From NCBI RefSeq assembly GCF_009834535.1, contig NC_045696.1:67582001-67646000 (forward strand): DNA of 64,000 nt. The letters are read 5' to 3'. The notes beneath the pieces were generated by a model, which saw only the letters and a list, made by a program, of their open reading frames with translations, ran no database searches and had not been told where the DNA came from. Made by a program: the position numbers and the translations under genes. Of the stretch, positions 23,303-35,910 are shown one piece after another; the first letter of the stretch is position 1; each line of letters opens with the position of its first letter. The stretch is from Camelus ferus. Its lineage: Eukaryota.

Positions 23303-26059
23303 TATTTCTTTTCCATAAAAATTTTCTGTAAAATTTCAAGGTTGCTTGTTTAAATAACATGGTCAGGAAAAAATCATGTTTCCTTTACTAACTTCCTCTA
23401 TAAAGATACTAAAAATTAGTGTTTTGATTTTTTTTTAATGGTGCATACCCATGAAACATACTAATGCCTTTTAATTTATTCTCTTCCCCAGAAGAACATA
23501 TGTATATATATCTTCTCAAATAAATTAATATTTTCCCTCAATTTTTTTATTTGCTTAAAAACAATAATTATACACGGTCATGTGAACTGAGTAGAGTCAG
23601 ATGATCAGTAGAGAAATTTTACATTCTGTCAAGAGATCAGAATTGGTACCTGGTTTTTAATGTTAAACAAACAAAACCACATACTTTTTTGTTTCCTGGT
23701 ATGGGAAAGATGATAATCATTTTACAAGTGACAAGAATCAAATTTAAAAGTGTTTCAGGATGATGAAGCCATGTCTCATGAATCACTATAGAAAGACAGG
23801 AATTTTTCAACTTACTGAGTACATCAAGTAAGTTTAACTGTATGATCAAAATCTGAAGACAAAAAACTTCTAAATGGTCTTCACCCTAATGAATTTAAGC
23901 TTATTTTTCCTTTCTTACCATTTATCATGCCTGAAATATTTAAAGTAAGTTATGAGGTTCTGAAGTGTAAAGCACTCCTTATGAAGGAATATTCTTTACT
24001 AATAAGTGAATGTACTTTTTCTAATTCTGTGGACTAAAATACTCATAATGGATTAATGTGAAAGGATAGAGACACAATTAAATGTAATTTCTCCTTATTA
24101 AAATTGATGTCAGATACTGAACTTAGAAAGATACGCTTTAATAGAAAATATGAATGTAGCAGAGCATAAAACATATTACTCTATTACTTTTTTCTTGTAG
24201 TCCTAAAATGCAGGAGTACACTCTGAAGTCTGCAGGTAGATCCATTTACTCATTGTCATTATTATGAGCAAATTAAGGCTCAGGGCCCATTAGATACCAT
24301 TTGCAGTACCTACTGCAAAAGTAGCATTTAGTAAACAGTGTAACTGGCTTGATGACGCCTGTGTTAATGTCCACATTAGCTCTCTTATTGACAACCTGGA
24401 AGAAATCATCTTCCAGAGTCGGTTAGTGCATATGGAAATACATTTTGGCTCTAGACACATATAGATAACACCCTTGCAGAGTTCTGTGGACATTCAGCTT
24501 TAGAAGCAAAAGCCAATTTTTTAAATTACTTTTTAGTATCAACAAATTCATTGATCATTACCTTCATGAAGTGTGAGATACACATGGAGACCGAAGAAGC
24601 AACTTTCAGAGATTATTATAAAAAGACATTGCTGTCAGTCAAACTATTTTATTATCAAGCAAGAGTAAGGGATTACTCCAGATTCTGGCCTTCAGCAGGA
24701 GATAAAGATAGGCAACTCAAAGGGCTGTGGAAAATTCTGGTCTTTAGTAGGCTCATAGATAACAGTTACATCCATGCAAAACTGGTTTGTCAAGAATATT
24801 TGTGACCCTGAAGTAACTAATTCCCATCTTCAGTGATAAGCCTCTTCTAATAGATGGAACAAATTTTCAAGAACGTCTAGATTTATCTTATCATCCTCCC
24901 CCCCCACTCCCCCTCCCCTACCCTAGTTTCCAGAATTCTATCTCCCAAGGGATTATGCAACAACACGGCAGTTGAAATTAAAAGCTCTCCATTCTGGGGC
25001 TGTAAAATGCGATCTCTGTGCCTCCCCTAGGAACCAGCACAGACCCTCCAGCATCACAGGGAATTGCGCGGGCTTGCCTCCTGACGCGTCTCCCAGGTGC
25101 TGCACGTTCCCAGCTTCCACGTCTTTGCTCACGTTACTCCCGCTTCTCCACGCCCCGGCATCCTGACTACACCAATCGTAAGTACCCGTGATTATCCAAG
25201 TCCTGCCTCAAATGCTGCTTTCTAACGGAAGCCAGCCAAGAATCCTTTCCTTCTTTCTCTCCTCCCTCTCTCCTCCCTCTCCTACTCTCTTTCTCTTAAA
25301 TGCTGCAGTATTTCCCCTTCTATGAATTCCCTGTTTAAAATTTTGACCCATGTTTCTGTTGGGTTATTCAGGAACACTTTCTTTATACTTGCAAAATATA
25401 CAGAACATCTAATGTCTTCAAATTACTGTAGAAATGTTAACTCTTTTCAGGACAGCATACTAATTCAGATCCTGTTACAGGGCTTTGTATAACTGCCTGA
25501 TCCCCACCATGAGATCTTGAGGAACCTTACAGCAAAAACATTCATTCACACACTCCACGTGGATCCCAACCAATGCCTGATATCAGGAAGACTTCAAATA
25601 AGTATAAACAGTGCTAAGCCATCATTTTTAAGAGAATTTTTTAAACAATCAGGACAGCAAGTCTTTGCAAGGAAACAGTTTGATATTTATGCCAGTTAAT
25701 GTTCTCATAGTGACAGCTGAAAGGTACATCATTGCTTGGTTTATAGGAATTGTGTCTTGACAGTGTCAAATGAAGGAGTAACTTGAATGTAACTTTCACA
25801 ACAAAAGTCAAATAGACATAGCACCAGGGATCCAATTAAGTGTTCAAAGGTAAGAATTAGGGGACATCAGAAAGCTTGGCTGAGCAGCTAAGAAACTAGT
25901 TACATTAAAAGCAGCCCACATTCTAGAAAGTGACTATGTTTAGAAATGGGGATCCCTCATACCTGTATAAATCACCACAGTAAAATACAGAGCTTTACCG
26001 TCACCACTAGGGTAGACCAAAATTCTCCAGCGAGTCTCAGTCACATTACTGTATTTAGA

Positions 26060-26356
26060 GAAGAACACTTAGGAGCAAGGTTTCTGAAGTCATATTCTCT
26101 GCCTTTAAAACCTGGCTTTGTCACTTACTGGTGTATGTCCTTGGGCAAGTCACCTAACCTACCTGGGCATAAGTTTTCTCACCTGTAAAACACATGTAAT
26201 GCTTTATTATCTAATAATATTATTAAATATATAATTTAATATTTATTAAATATTATTTATATTAAAAGGATATAATCATAATCAGAGTTGCTGTGGTAAT
26301 TACATAAGTCAATGCATAAAAAGAACATGGGACAGCACCTCGCACATCTATAAATG
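26060..26356 (+). mobile_element. MIR SINE with an internal AT-rich insertion
   Basis: cctggctttgtcacttactggtgtatgtccttgggcaagtcacctaacct...gttttctcacctgtaaaa...acagcacctcgcacat. Confidence 0.75.
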
Positions 26357-26401
26357 CATCATCATCATCATCATCATCATCATTATTGTTGTTGTTGTTA
26401 C

Positions 26402-26477
<76 letters not shown>
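26357..26477. repeat. Compound trinucleotide microsatellite (CAT)9-(TGT)4-(TAT)25
   Basis: Read directly; it produces the poly-N/poly-D track ORF 26262..26504. Confidence 0.97.
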
Positions 26478-27469
26478 GTCAGATAGTCTGCGGGTTCCCT
26501 GCATGACTGATCCTTATGACCTGGAAATCACACTGCTGAGGAATTGTTTGCTATAAAATTTAATTTCCTTATAATAACTGATCAAGATGCTGGACTAAGA
26601 ACAAAAATGCACTCCCAGACTCTACTCTACAGGTAACCAAAATAGTAACAGGAAAAAGTGAGGGTGGGGGAAAGGGAAGAAAAAGAGAATGAATGTTGGG
26701 GAGGGAGGCTCCAACAGACAAGATACTTCAACTTATGTCTGGAATATAAAAAAAAAAAAAAAAAAGCAAATGAGAACAGTTTAAATGGAATAGGCCATAT
26801 CTTAGAGCAGGTAGGTTGGAGCTGATAAGGAGCTAAAATGACGGCTAAGCTGTAGACCATTCAAGCAGCATGGATTTTTCTAAACTAAAGGTTGCCTGGA
26901 CACAATGACTACAATTTCAATCTGAATGGCAGAGTTGAAAAAGGTGGATTTAGGTTTCCTCAGTCCCATACTTAGAGGGCACTGCCACATTTCTGAAGGC
27001 CACTAAACATTTCAAAATTCCATGATAGGTATATTCAGCAACAAACCATAGCCAACATCAGACAGAAACACCCTGATGCTGAAGTGGTGTCTGGATCTAG
27101 AACTGCCTGAGACCAAAGATGTTACCGAATGTGTGCTTCCCCCATCTCAGAGCTGACGTGAAGTGGGAAAGGTGCACATGGCACCAGTAATTTCTTAGAT
27201 CCCTTCCAGGAGAGTAAAAAAGGATGCCCAATGGGCAGGAGCTTGGAAATTCATCCACAGGAAATTTAATCTGGGCTGTTTACTGTCTACCAGGGTTGGC
27301 AGGCCCATGGGTACACAGGGAAGGGCTCTTGGGTAAAATGCTGGCTCACAGAACTTTTGAGCCAGAAGAGACAGTCTCAAAGATCTCTCTGGAGTCTAGA
27401 ATCTAAGTTCCCTGACTCCCAGTCTAGGGATCTCTTCACTATCCCACTCAGAACTTCCCTGCCTTGTTC

Positions 27470-28600
27470 TTTCCTACATTTTTATTTTGCTAGTTAGTTC
27501 TATCTCTCTTTTTCCCCCAAATATTTTATGATTATAAAAATAACACATGTTCATTGTAGGTAATTTGAAAATTAAGAAAAATGATCAAGAAAATAATAAT
27601 CATACGATCTAATTATCGAGAAACAGTCCGCATTTTAATGTGTTTTTACTTAAGTTTGATCATACTAAATACATAAGTTTAAACCATTCTTCCTCCATAG
27701 AAGAGCATTTTTCTAAGTATATTAAATTCTTCAAATATAATATTGTAATAATATCTCACCATTTGGGATCTATAATATTTTATAAAACAAGTCTCCTATT
27801 TTGGGTCATTTAGACTTTCTAGTTCTCATTATAAATTGTTCCACAGTGATCATTTTTGTTAACAGGTTTTGTTCATGTTTCTATTTCCTTAGGATAGATA
27901 GATGATATATCTCTTTATATGGGCATCTATTTCTCTGTCTGCCTGTCCATCTGTCTATTTGGATTGAGAGCTATGAAACATTTAAAGTTCTGGAGGAATA
28001 TTGCCAGATAATCTTCTAGAATCGTTGGGCCAATTTACACTCCTACCAGCTGCAAGTGAGAGTAGTTTCTTTTCCTAAATCTTTGCAGATTTCATAGATG
28101 AAAAACTAGACTTCAGACGGTTTAACTTTCATTTTAGTGAGAATGAAATTTCTTTTAAGTTAATATCCATTGTATTTACTCCTTTAAGAACTGTCTGCAT
28201 CCTTTGTGTTTCCCTACTGGAATTCCTCTAATTGTGTAAAAGGTTTCATACCACATATATCATATGTATTGCAAATAATTATTTACCATATTTATTACAA
28301 ATATAATTCCCATTTATTTGTTTCTTAATTTTATGTCTGACATTTACAAACACTTTACATTTTTTTCTCAAATCTATGGTAACTTCTTTTGTTATTGCTC
28401 CTTATTGCTTTATAAGCATAAAGTATGAAGCAACTCCTTTCCCAATACTAGATCAAATCAATTCAGACCTGATTACATTTCATTCAGATTACATTTCACC
28501 TTAGGTTTAAAAAAATTGTTGTTTGAATTCTTTAATCCATCTGGATTGAGTAGATACTATGAGTTACGGAACTATCTTCTTTTTTTTCTTCCTGAAAGCA
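27470..28600 (-). mobile_element. Ancient L1 (L1ME-like) 3' region
   Basis: aaaataacacatgttcattgtaggtaatttgaaaa, tttctatttccttaggatagat, ccaatttacactcctaccagc, gaattctttaatccatctgga. Confidence 0.7.
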
Positions 28601-29389
28601 CTACTCTTTGGATAAGCCGTAACTCTTATTTTTAAAGTAGTTCAAACTTTCGGGAGAGATTTGTGGCTGGTCCTGTCTACCTCTTCTAATTAGTCCGTTC
28701 CTCCCATTCTGCTCATCAGGACCACCTCTTGCACGCAGGGCTACCCTACGTCATAATCCCTCTGATTCTGCTGGAATGGCTCAGTGAGTCGGCTGGCCTG
28801 TCCCGTGCCTACCTTTGCTGTCTGGCTATTGCTGATTTCTAACTCCAATCCTTATGCCTGACATATCATGCTGGAAAGATTTGGGGGTATTTCTCTTCCT
28901 TTATGACTTTAAAATTGATTAGTACATTAAATACAATAAAATTGGATCACAATTCAGGTGATTTAACTTGTACCTATAATACATTTATTGTTGATATACT
29001 TAGGGCAGCTCTGCTGAAGGATTAATCAGGCCGTTTAATTGCCTGAAACAAACACAGAATAACCTCTGAGGAACAAGTTTAGAAAAGTCAAGGTCAGTGG
29101 GTCAGTGCATGATGATCTGGCTTAACCAAAAGAATCAAGCTCAACAGTGCATTTAAATGTATGGGTATGGATCAGTTGAGCTATCTCTTAAAAAAAGAAT
29201 TCTGCTTGTGATCACAGATTCGAACTACTCCATTTTGAACTCCATATGCACATAACTCTCAATTAGCCATTGGGCAGTTGCCAAAAGTGTACAGTGGAAT
29301 AAGTGGATAATGGGTTCACATGCAGAGGATGGTATTCTTTAATTCAGGGCACAGGGTGACACTGAGTGGCTCCAATTTCAAGAAGGGTT

Positions 29390-29650
29390 GAATACCCTCG
29401 AGCTCTTGACCACATGCTCCTCAAACCTATCAGTGTTTCTCCTGGACTCTTTTCAAACTCAGCAAATGCATCCTTTCCATTGAAGTCACTGGGATGGATG
29501 ACAATCTTCACAGGTCATCTAATCCGTGCACCTGCCTTTAGGCAGGGCTGCTCTTAAAACCACCCAAGACAGATGGTTCTTTGCTGTTCTCAAAATTCCC
29601 CAGGGAAGGAGGTTCCACAGGCTGCCACAATAATCCATTCCCCTGTCTCC
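29390..29650 (-). mobile_element. L3/CR1-type remnant
   Basis: aggtcatctaatcc...cttaaaaccacccaagacagatgg...ccagggaaggaggttccacag...aatccattcc. Confidence 0.45.
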
Positions 29651-29939
29651 CAGTCACCCGTAGGACACTGAATCCTAAGTATTTAGTTAATAGCAGGTGC
29701 AATGAGACAACTCTTTGTCTCTCCCTGAGGAATTGGAAATTGGCCAGATTAGCCATGGGGCAATTGCCAAAGTGTAGAGGAACCCCAATGCTGCTCTGAG
29801 CTTTACAAATATCATGTTAAGTGGGGGTATTTAGTGTTCCCAGCTGACAAAATACCATATTCAGCAATGAGCTGAACATATTTTACAATGCTCAGTCAGG
29901 AATTTACATGTCAGCAATACATTCCAAGACTTAATTTCT

Positions 29940-31575
29940 TTCAATTAAAAAAAATTGGAAAAATAAAAAGATAAAAATAAGTTGGAGATGATTTTCTAAA
30001 TAAATTTCTAAAAATAAAAAGATAAAAATAACTTGGAAATAAATACATAGATGGAAGAACAACTGAATTATGAAATTTATAATAAATCTAAAAAGTCATA
30101 TCAAAACCAATGGACACAGATGAAGTTAGAGGGATATTTACAAAAGAATACTTTTATTATTAAACAAAGAGCTAGAGAATAACTGAACCAACATTTCAGA
30201 TTAAGATGCTACAACAAAGGATAACTAAATGAACTAAAATAAAGTAGGAAGCAGAAACTGATAAAGTTACACACTAAAAGGACTGTGCTAGATGACAAAC
30301 AAAACTCCACAAACACATATACATAAGAAAACTCTTTGAAGAGGTTAGCTAAAAGGAAAAGAGGAAAAATAGACAAAATTCTTAAGAGGTATAGATATTT
30401 TAAAAATTATAAGTGGGTAATAATATGCTTATATCACGCTAACCCAGTTAAAAATCTTGATGAAACAGATGGTTTTTCTAGCATTTGAGTATAAACTACC
30501 GAGTGAATGCCATTAGAAGTTTAAAAATAGAAACCAAAACAAAACCAAAACAAAAAAACCTTCAGTAGCCCAATAATCACTGAAGAAATTTAAAAGTTTG
30601 TTAAAGATTTACCAATAAAAAAGACATGACTTTAAAGGTCAGTTCACTTTTCCATTTAAGGAAGATCTAATTTCTAAGTGAACCAAACTATTCTAGACCA
30701 TATTTAAAAATGGGAAGCTTTCAAACTGATTTTAGGAGGTTAGCCTAGGCTTAACACCAAAATATAATGTTGTGCAAAAAGAAACATACAGATGAATCGT
30801 AATTTATGAACATGGGTACAGGATTCTAAATGAATAGCATTAACAACTTGAAGCTATCAGATTATTAAGTGGTAAAAATTACAAAGTAGAACTTATACGA
30901 ACAATGTTAAGGATGGATCTACTTTAGGAATTGCATTAACATATATCATTTATATGAACAGATAAAAGAAAAAAATGTAAGTAAGGCTGAGTAAATCTAA
31001 AAATTTAATAAAATTTAATGGCCATTTCTAATTTTAAAAACCCAGGTAAGAGAGAAGTAGAATGAAGTCTCCTATAATAAAAAAAAATTTGAAGCTACTA
31101 GTAAATGTATGAAAACAGGAAAAACTAAAGGCATTGCTATTGAAATACATAACAAGAAAAGATGTCTAATATCATTGCTATCATTCAATAATATTTTAAA
31201 AAATACAGTAAAGCCATAAGACAAGAAAATGAGATAAGCAATATAAACACTGGGAAAGAACATACAAAATTGGTAAAAACACTGTATGCTTAAAAGAATC
31301 CAAGTGACCCCAACAAAAGAGTTATAGAACTAATAACATAATACAGAAAGGGGTTTGGATAGATAAGCAAGAGTCAAGAGCTTCCTTTTATACAAGCCAT
31401 TAGTATTTAGAAATGGAAACAAACAAAAGATTGCATAATAGCAACAAAAACTGATTTATCTTGGAATAAGGTTACTGAGGAAAGGTATATGACTTAAATG
31501 AAGAATATTATAAAAATGTATTGAAGGGCATGAAACCAAATTTAAATAATAGGCAAGAATATCATGGGGAAGCCT
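29940..31575 (+). mobile_element. Highly diverged ancient L1 ORF2 fragment
   Basis: A-rich; aaaatcttgatgaaacagatggtttttcta, caataatcactgaagaaattt, aaactaaaggcattgctattgaaat..aacaagaaaagatgtc, agttatagaactaataa. No intact frame. Confidence 0.7.
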
Positions 31576-33053
31576 AATTTTTAAAAAATTGACTCTAGTA
31601 CAGATTGATGGGGACACGTTCTGAGTACAGAATTATGGGGCAACACGCGAATAGTAAATCATTTTTGAGAAGTATTACAGAATTGCTCAGTTTTTATAGA
31701 GACTTTTGTGTCTTGATACATATTAGTATATATATGTATACCCGTATACACACACTTTTGGTGAAAGGAAACAAAATTCCTAAGATAGGATGAGGATACT
31801 TTACTGTAGATACAGCCACAGGGCAGCACAGAAATACACGAATGTTCCCTTTAGGCCGTGCCTGTCACACAGTAACAACGAGACTTGGACTGGAATTTAG
31901 GACTTCCGTAAAGGTAATCACCCCTCAAGCAACAAAGTTCAGACCTTCCGTGCACACGACTGTGGCAGCAGGACCTCAGGGACGGCAGTGCTGGCGCTTT
32001 CCCACCAAGTCTGACTTCTACTTCAGATTCTCCCACTTTGATAACCATGGCCAAAGTTGTGGCTAGTCCAACTTTTCTATCTGGTCCAAGTAAGAGAAAA
32101 TAAACTATCTCTAAGGTGAGATAATAGAATGAAGAGGAGCAGAAAATAGAACTTTTATGATTCCCTAATAGTCTCAAGAGCATTTTCACTGATACTGTTC
32201 AGTGTGATCCATATTTCAGTACTGTAGGAGATACAGTTGACCTTTACTTTATGAAGAAGAAATGTGAATTAGACACCTTAGACATTATTGTCTTTTTCTT
32301 TTCAGTAGGATATTCTTTTATCATCAATATTGGTTTGTCTAATCATCATAATCAGTCAGCATTAACATGGCAATTTATAATGTAGTGGTTCCTGGAAGAG
32401 GGAATTTTGGAATGTAAATGCCAAACGTAACTTGAGGACTACTAGAACACACTCCCTTATTTCTCCTCCAATCTAGATCTCAGGATAACTTTACTCATTT
32501 GTGAATTGTGTCTGACCTGATTCCTACTGTTGGAAATAAACATTTCCACTTGGGAGCCATGTTTGTTTTCCAAGTCTGAAAGAACCTATGCTTTGATGAA
32601 CACACCCTTTCCCATAGTATCAGCCACAGGATTCCTTATTTCCCTTTAGTGTCTTCCATAGAGCTACTGCTCAATTCTGGAACTCTCAGCTTAACTATTT
32701 TCAGAAGACAAAACTGTTTTATAGGACTACCTGGGACTGGCATGCGGTTGAGGACAGTGACCCTTTCCTCTTGACCTCGTCTCTTTACCCATTTACTCTT
32801 TAAAACATTTATTTTCCCCTCATCTTTCTACCCTTAATCCTCTCCTTCCTTTCTTCTAGTACTTTTCTGTAAATAAAAAGAAGGAAAGAAAGGCAGATAA
32901 GGAGGGAGGGAGGAAGGAAAAAATGAAGGACAGGAAGAGACTAGATACATACAGTATGAGAAGGGCTGGAAATAAATGACTAAAGTTGAGGGAGACCAAA
33001 GCAGGGCTTCTAATAACATAAGCTTAAATGTTCCATCAAAAGAATCAAGCTTA

Positions 33054-33729
33054 AACGATAAATGCTGGAGAGAGTGTAGAGAAAAAGGAACCTTCCTACA
33101 CTGTTGGTGGGAATGTAAATTGGTGCAGCCACTATGGAGGATAGTGTGGAGGTTCCTTAAAAAACTAAAAATAGAGTTACCACATGATCCAGTAATCCCA
33201 CTCCTGGGCTTATATCCAGAGAAAAATATAATTAAAAAGACACATGCACCCCAATGTTCATAACAGCACTATTTACAATAGCCAAGATATGGAAACAGCC
33301 CATACAATGGAATACTATTCAGCGGCAAAAAAGAGGTAAAATAATGACATTTGCAGCAACATGGGTAGAACTAGAGACTGTCATTCTAAGTGAAGTGAGC
33401 CAGAAAGAGAAAAAAAAAAAAAGCCACATGATATCGCTTGTATGTGGAATCTAAAAAAAAAAAAAAAAGCCACAAACTTAATAAAGCAGAAACAGACTCA
33501 CAGACATAGAGAACAAACTTATTTCAGGGGTTAAAGGGTGTGGGAAGGGATATATTGGGAATTTGAAAACTGCACCTCTTGGGGAGTGATGGAAATTTTA
33601 GCTATCTTGATTGTGGTAGTGGTTTCATTGGTATATATATCTATCAAAGCTCATCAAAGTGTACATCTGAAATATGAGTAGTTTACTGTACAGGAACCAT
33701 ACCACAATAAAGCTGTTAAAAAAGAAAAA
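33054..33729 (+). mobile_element. 5'-truncated young LINE-1 with chimeric 3' tail, 16-bp TSD
   Basis: Track ORFs 32976..33263 ([26 protein letters not shown], the ORF2 cysteine-rich motif) and 33254..33454. AATAAA at 33706-33711. TSD aaaagaatcaagctta (33038-33053) / aaaagaatcaagttta (33730-33745). Confidence 0.92.
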
Positions 33730-33859
33730 AAAAGAATCAAGTTTACTGGGGAATCATCAAATTTGTTTTAGATACTCTAGGACCTTCATATGGTTATTTA
33801 AGTCAGAATACCTTTTTTCAAAGTGGACATATCAGCACCATAACATTTGTAGGAAAATC

Positions 33860-33927
33860 TCAAGTTTTCTTTTACCCTAAGGTTAGCATCCTTTCAAGTT
33901 TTCTTTTACCCCAAGGTTAGCATCCTT
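33860..33927. repeat. 34-bp tandem duplication (2 copies, 1 mismatch)
   Basis: tcaagttttcttttaccc(t/c)aaggttagcatcctt at 33860-33893 and 33894-33927. Confidence 0.95.
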
Positions 33928-34049
33928 ACAAGAACTGGGTCCTTTAACAGATAGGCTTTTGAGGGGGTCATGCCTCCATGCATGTCCCAAGGGTGAGCCT
34001 GGCATTGTAATCTCTAGAGAACCATTAGAAATTTACCAGAAGGGAATTT

Positions 34050-34500
34050 TGGTAGGAAGCATAACAATTTCCATATCTTAATCCCTAGAACGTGTGAATA
34101 TTTTATGACATGATATACAATAAAAAGGGATTTTACCAATGTGTTTAAGTTAAGGATCCTGAAATAAAGACATGATCTGAGATGATCTAGGTGGCCCAAT
34201 CTAATCCCACAGGTCATAAAATTACAGAACCATTCCCAGCCGTGGTCAGAGGGAGACTTGACTATAGAGAAATGATCAGTGATGCTATGTTGCAGGCTTT
34301 GAAGATGGACGAAATGGAAGGAAGAAGATGGAAGAAAAGAAATGTAAGATGGAAGGGGCCACAAGCTAAGGAATGCGAGCACTCTCTAGAAGTTGGAAAG
34401 GCAAGGAGGATTCTCTCCTGGAACCTCCAGAAAGGAATGGAGTCCTCCTAACATCTTGATTTTAGCCCATTGAGACTCATGTTGCACTTCTGACCTACAT
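34050..34500 (+). mobile_element. MaLR solo LTR (MLT1D-like)
   Basis: taatccctagaacgtgtgaatat...ttaagttaaggatcctga...ggtggcccaatctaatc...gctttgaagatgga...aggggccacaagctaaggaatgc...ctagaagttggaaaggcaagga..gattctctcctggaacctccagaaaggaa. Confidence 0.8.
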
Positions 34501-34842
34501 TTACAAATGAGTACCAAGATATCTGTTACTTTCGGATAATTTACCCAATTCATAACTACCACTCTGCAAATAAGTGATACCAAAAAAAATGAGGTTTCCA
34601 TTTTTTATAATGAATTTACAATAATGGAAAGAACAAAGTTTTAACTTGGGCACTGTCACTTGGTGGTTATGGCTTGGACTCCTGCTTCTCTCTGGATGTC
34701 ATTTTCTTCATTAAAAAAAGTAACAGTTAGGAGATGAGTTCAGGGTGCTTTCTACTCTAAATAACTACATCTACTCTAAATTCTTAAGGAGGCATAAAGA
34801 CCTTGGAAAGTTTTCTGCTTGAAGGTGGGACCAGCACAAACA

Positions 34843-34872
34843 ACACACATGCACACGCACACACACACACAC
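34843..34872. repeat. Imperfect (CA)n microsatellite
   Basis: acacacatgcacacgcacacacacacacac. Confidence 0.85.
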
Positions 34873-35399
34873 AGATACATGAGGATTTTCTGAGGATCTG
34901 TGTATTTTTTGGAAGTTGAGAGTCATTTTTAAATGTGTAAGTTCATGCACTTTTAAAATCTGATGGTCCTCCTTCAGCTGAGTCTGGTGAATTCTTCACA
35001 CAGTATTCAGCAACATTACTGCTGATGTGCAAAAAGCAAAACACACACAAAACACACCAAAAACATAGTTGACTTGACTTGCATTTCTGCATACCTACGC
35101 ACTTCCTGTTTTCAACTATGAGTAAAAAGATAGCCATATCTATTTTCTCACCGCCACAAGTCACTTAAGTCTGTTCTCATGAAATTTCCAGCCCCATTAT
35201 CCCTTGTGAAGTGACTTTGTAAAGTTATCTAGGCCACCAGCAGTGTTACATGGTAATCAAAGTGGCCATCTTCTCAATTTTTTTATAAACAACTAATATG
35301 ATATTGTCCTCTTTGTAATGATAGTCAACAATTTCCTGTTTTTGCAGCAGGAAAAGATCCAAAAGACCCTATGATGTATCATACCAGATCTTTCATCAT

Positions 35400-35910
35400 T
35401 GGACTTTAGGTTCTCTATCCTCCCATGTCCTATTCTCTCAACTCAGCTTTGCTTTAGTCCCAGTGAACTTCTGCTCTGAAATCTACTACAACTTACTGTT
35501 CCCCAATACATTCTGCCATCCTACTTTTATCCTTTTTCACATCCTGTTTTTTCTCTAGCATCTTTCCCTTCCTTCTCTTCTTGAAACAATTCTGTCCCTC
35601 CTTTAAGACTTGGCTCAGATATCACCCTGTAATCTCCTGACTCACCCAAAGGCCCCCAGACATTCTCATAGCCACATGCACAAAGCTCCTTTATAACACG
35701 TATCACATAGTAAAAGGATCATTATATAGTTTTGATTCTTTAACTTCTAGTAGTCTACGGATTAATTTGGAGCAGAGATTTCTCAATTTCAGTATTTATA
35801 GCACATTTTTTTCCAGAATGGATTTTTAGCAACTCTTTATTCAGCCCACCTATGTCAGTGATGGATGTATAGTAGGCTCTCAATAAAAACCTACTTAACA
35901 AACAAACCAA
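35400..35910 (+). mobile_element. L2 LINE 3' remnant
   Basis: cctttaagacttggctcagatatcacc...gtatagtaggctctcaataaaaacctacttaacaaacaaac. Confidence 0.55.

Noticed and set aside
26262..26504. Poly-Asn/poly-Asp ORF
   Set aside because: Translation of a trinucleotide microsatellite.
27795..27804. Perfect CArG box CCTATTTTGG
   Set aside because: Isolated, lies inside an L1ME fossil, and is expected by chance at this base composition.
29959..30040. 31-bp A-rich direct repeat
   Set aside because: Low-complexity slippage duplication within an ancient L1 fragment.
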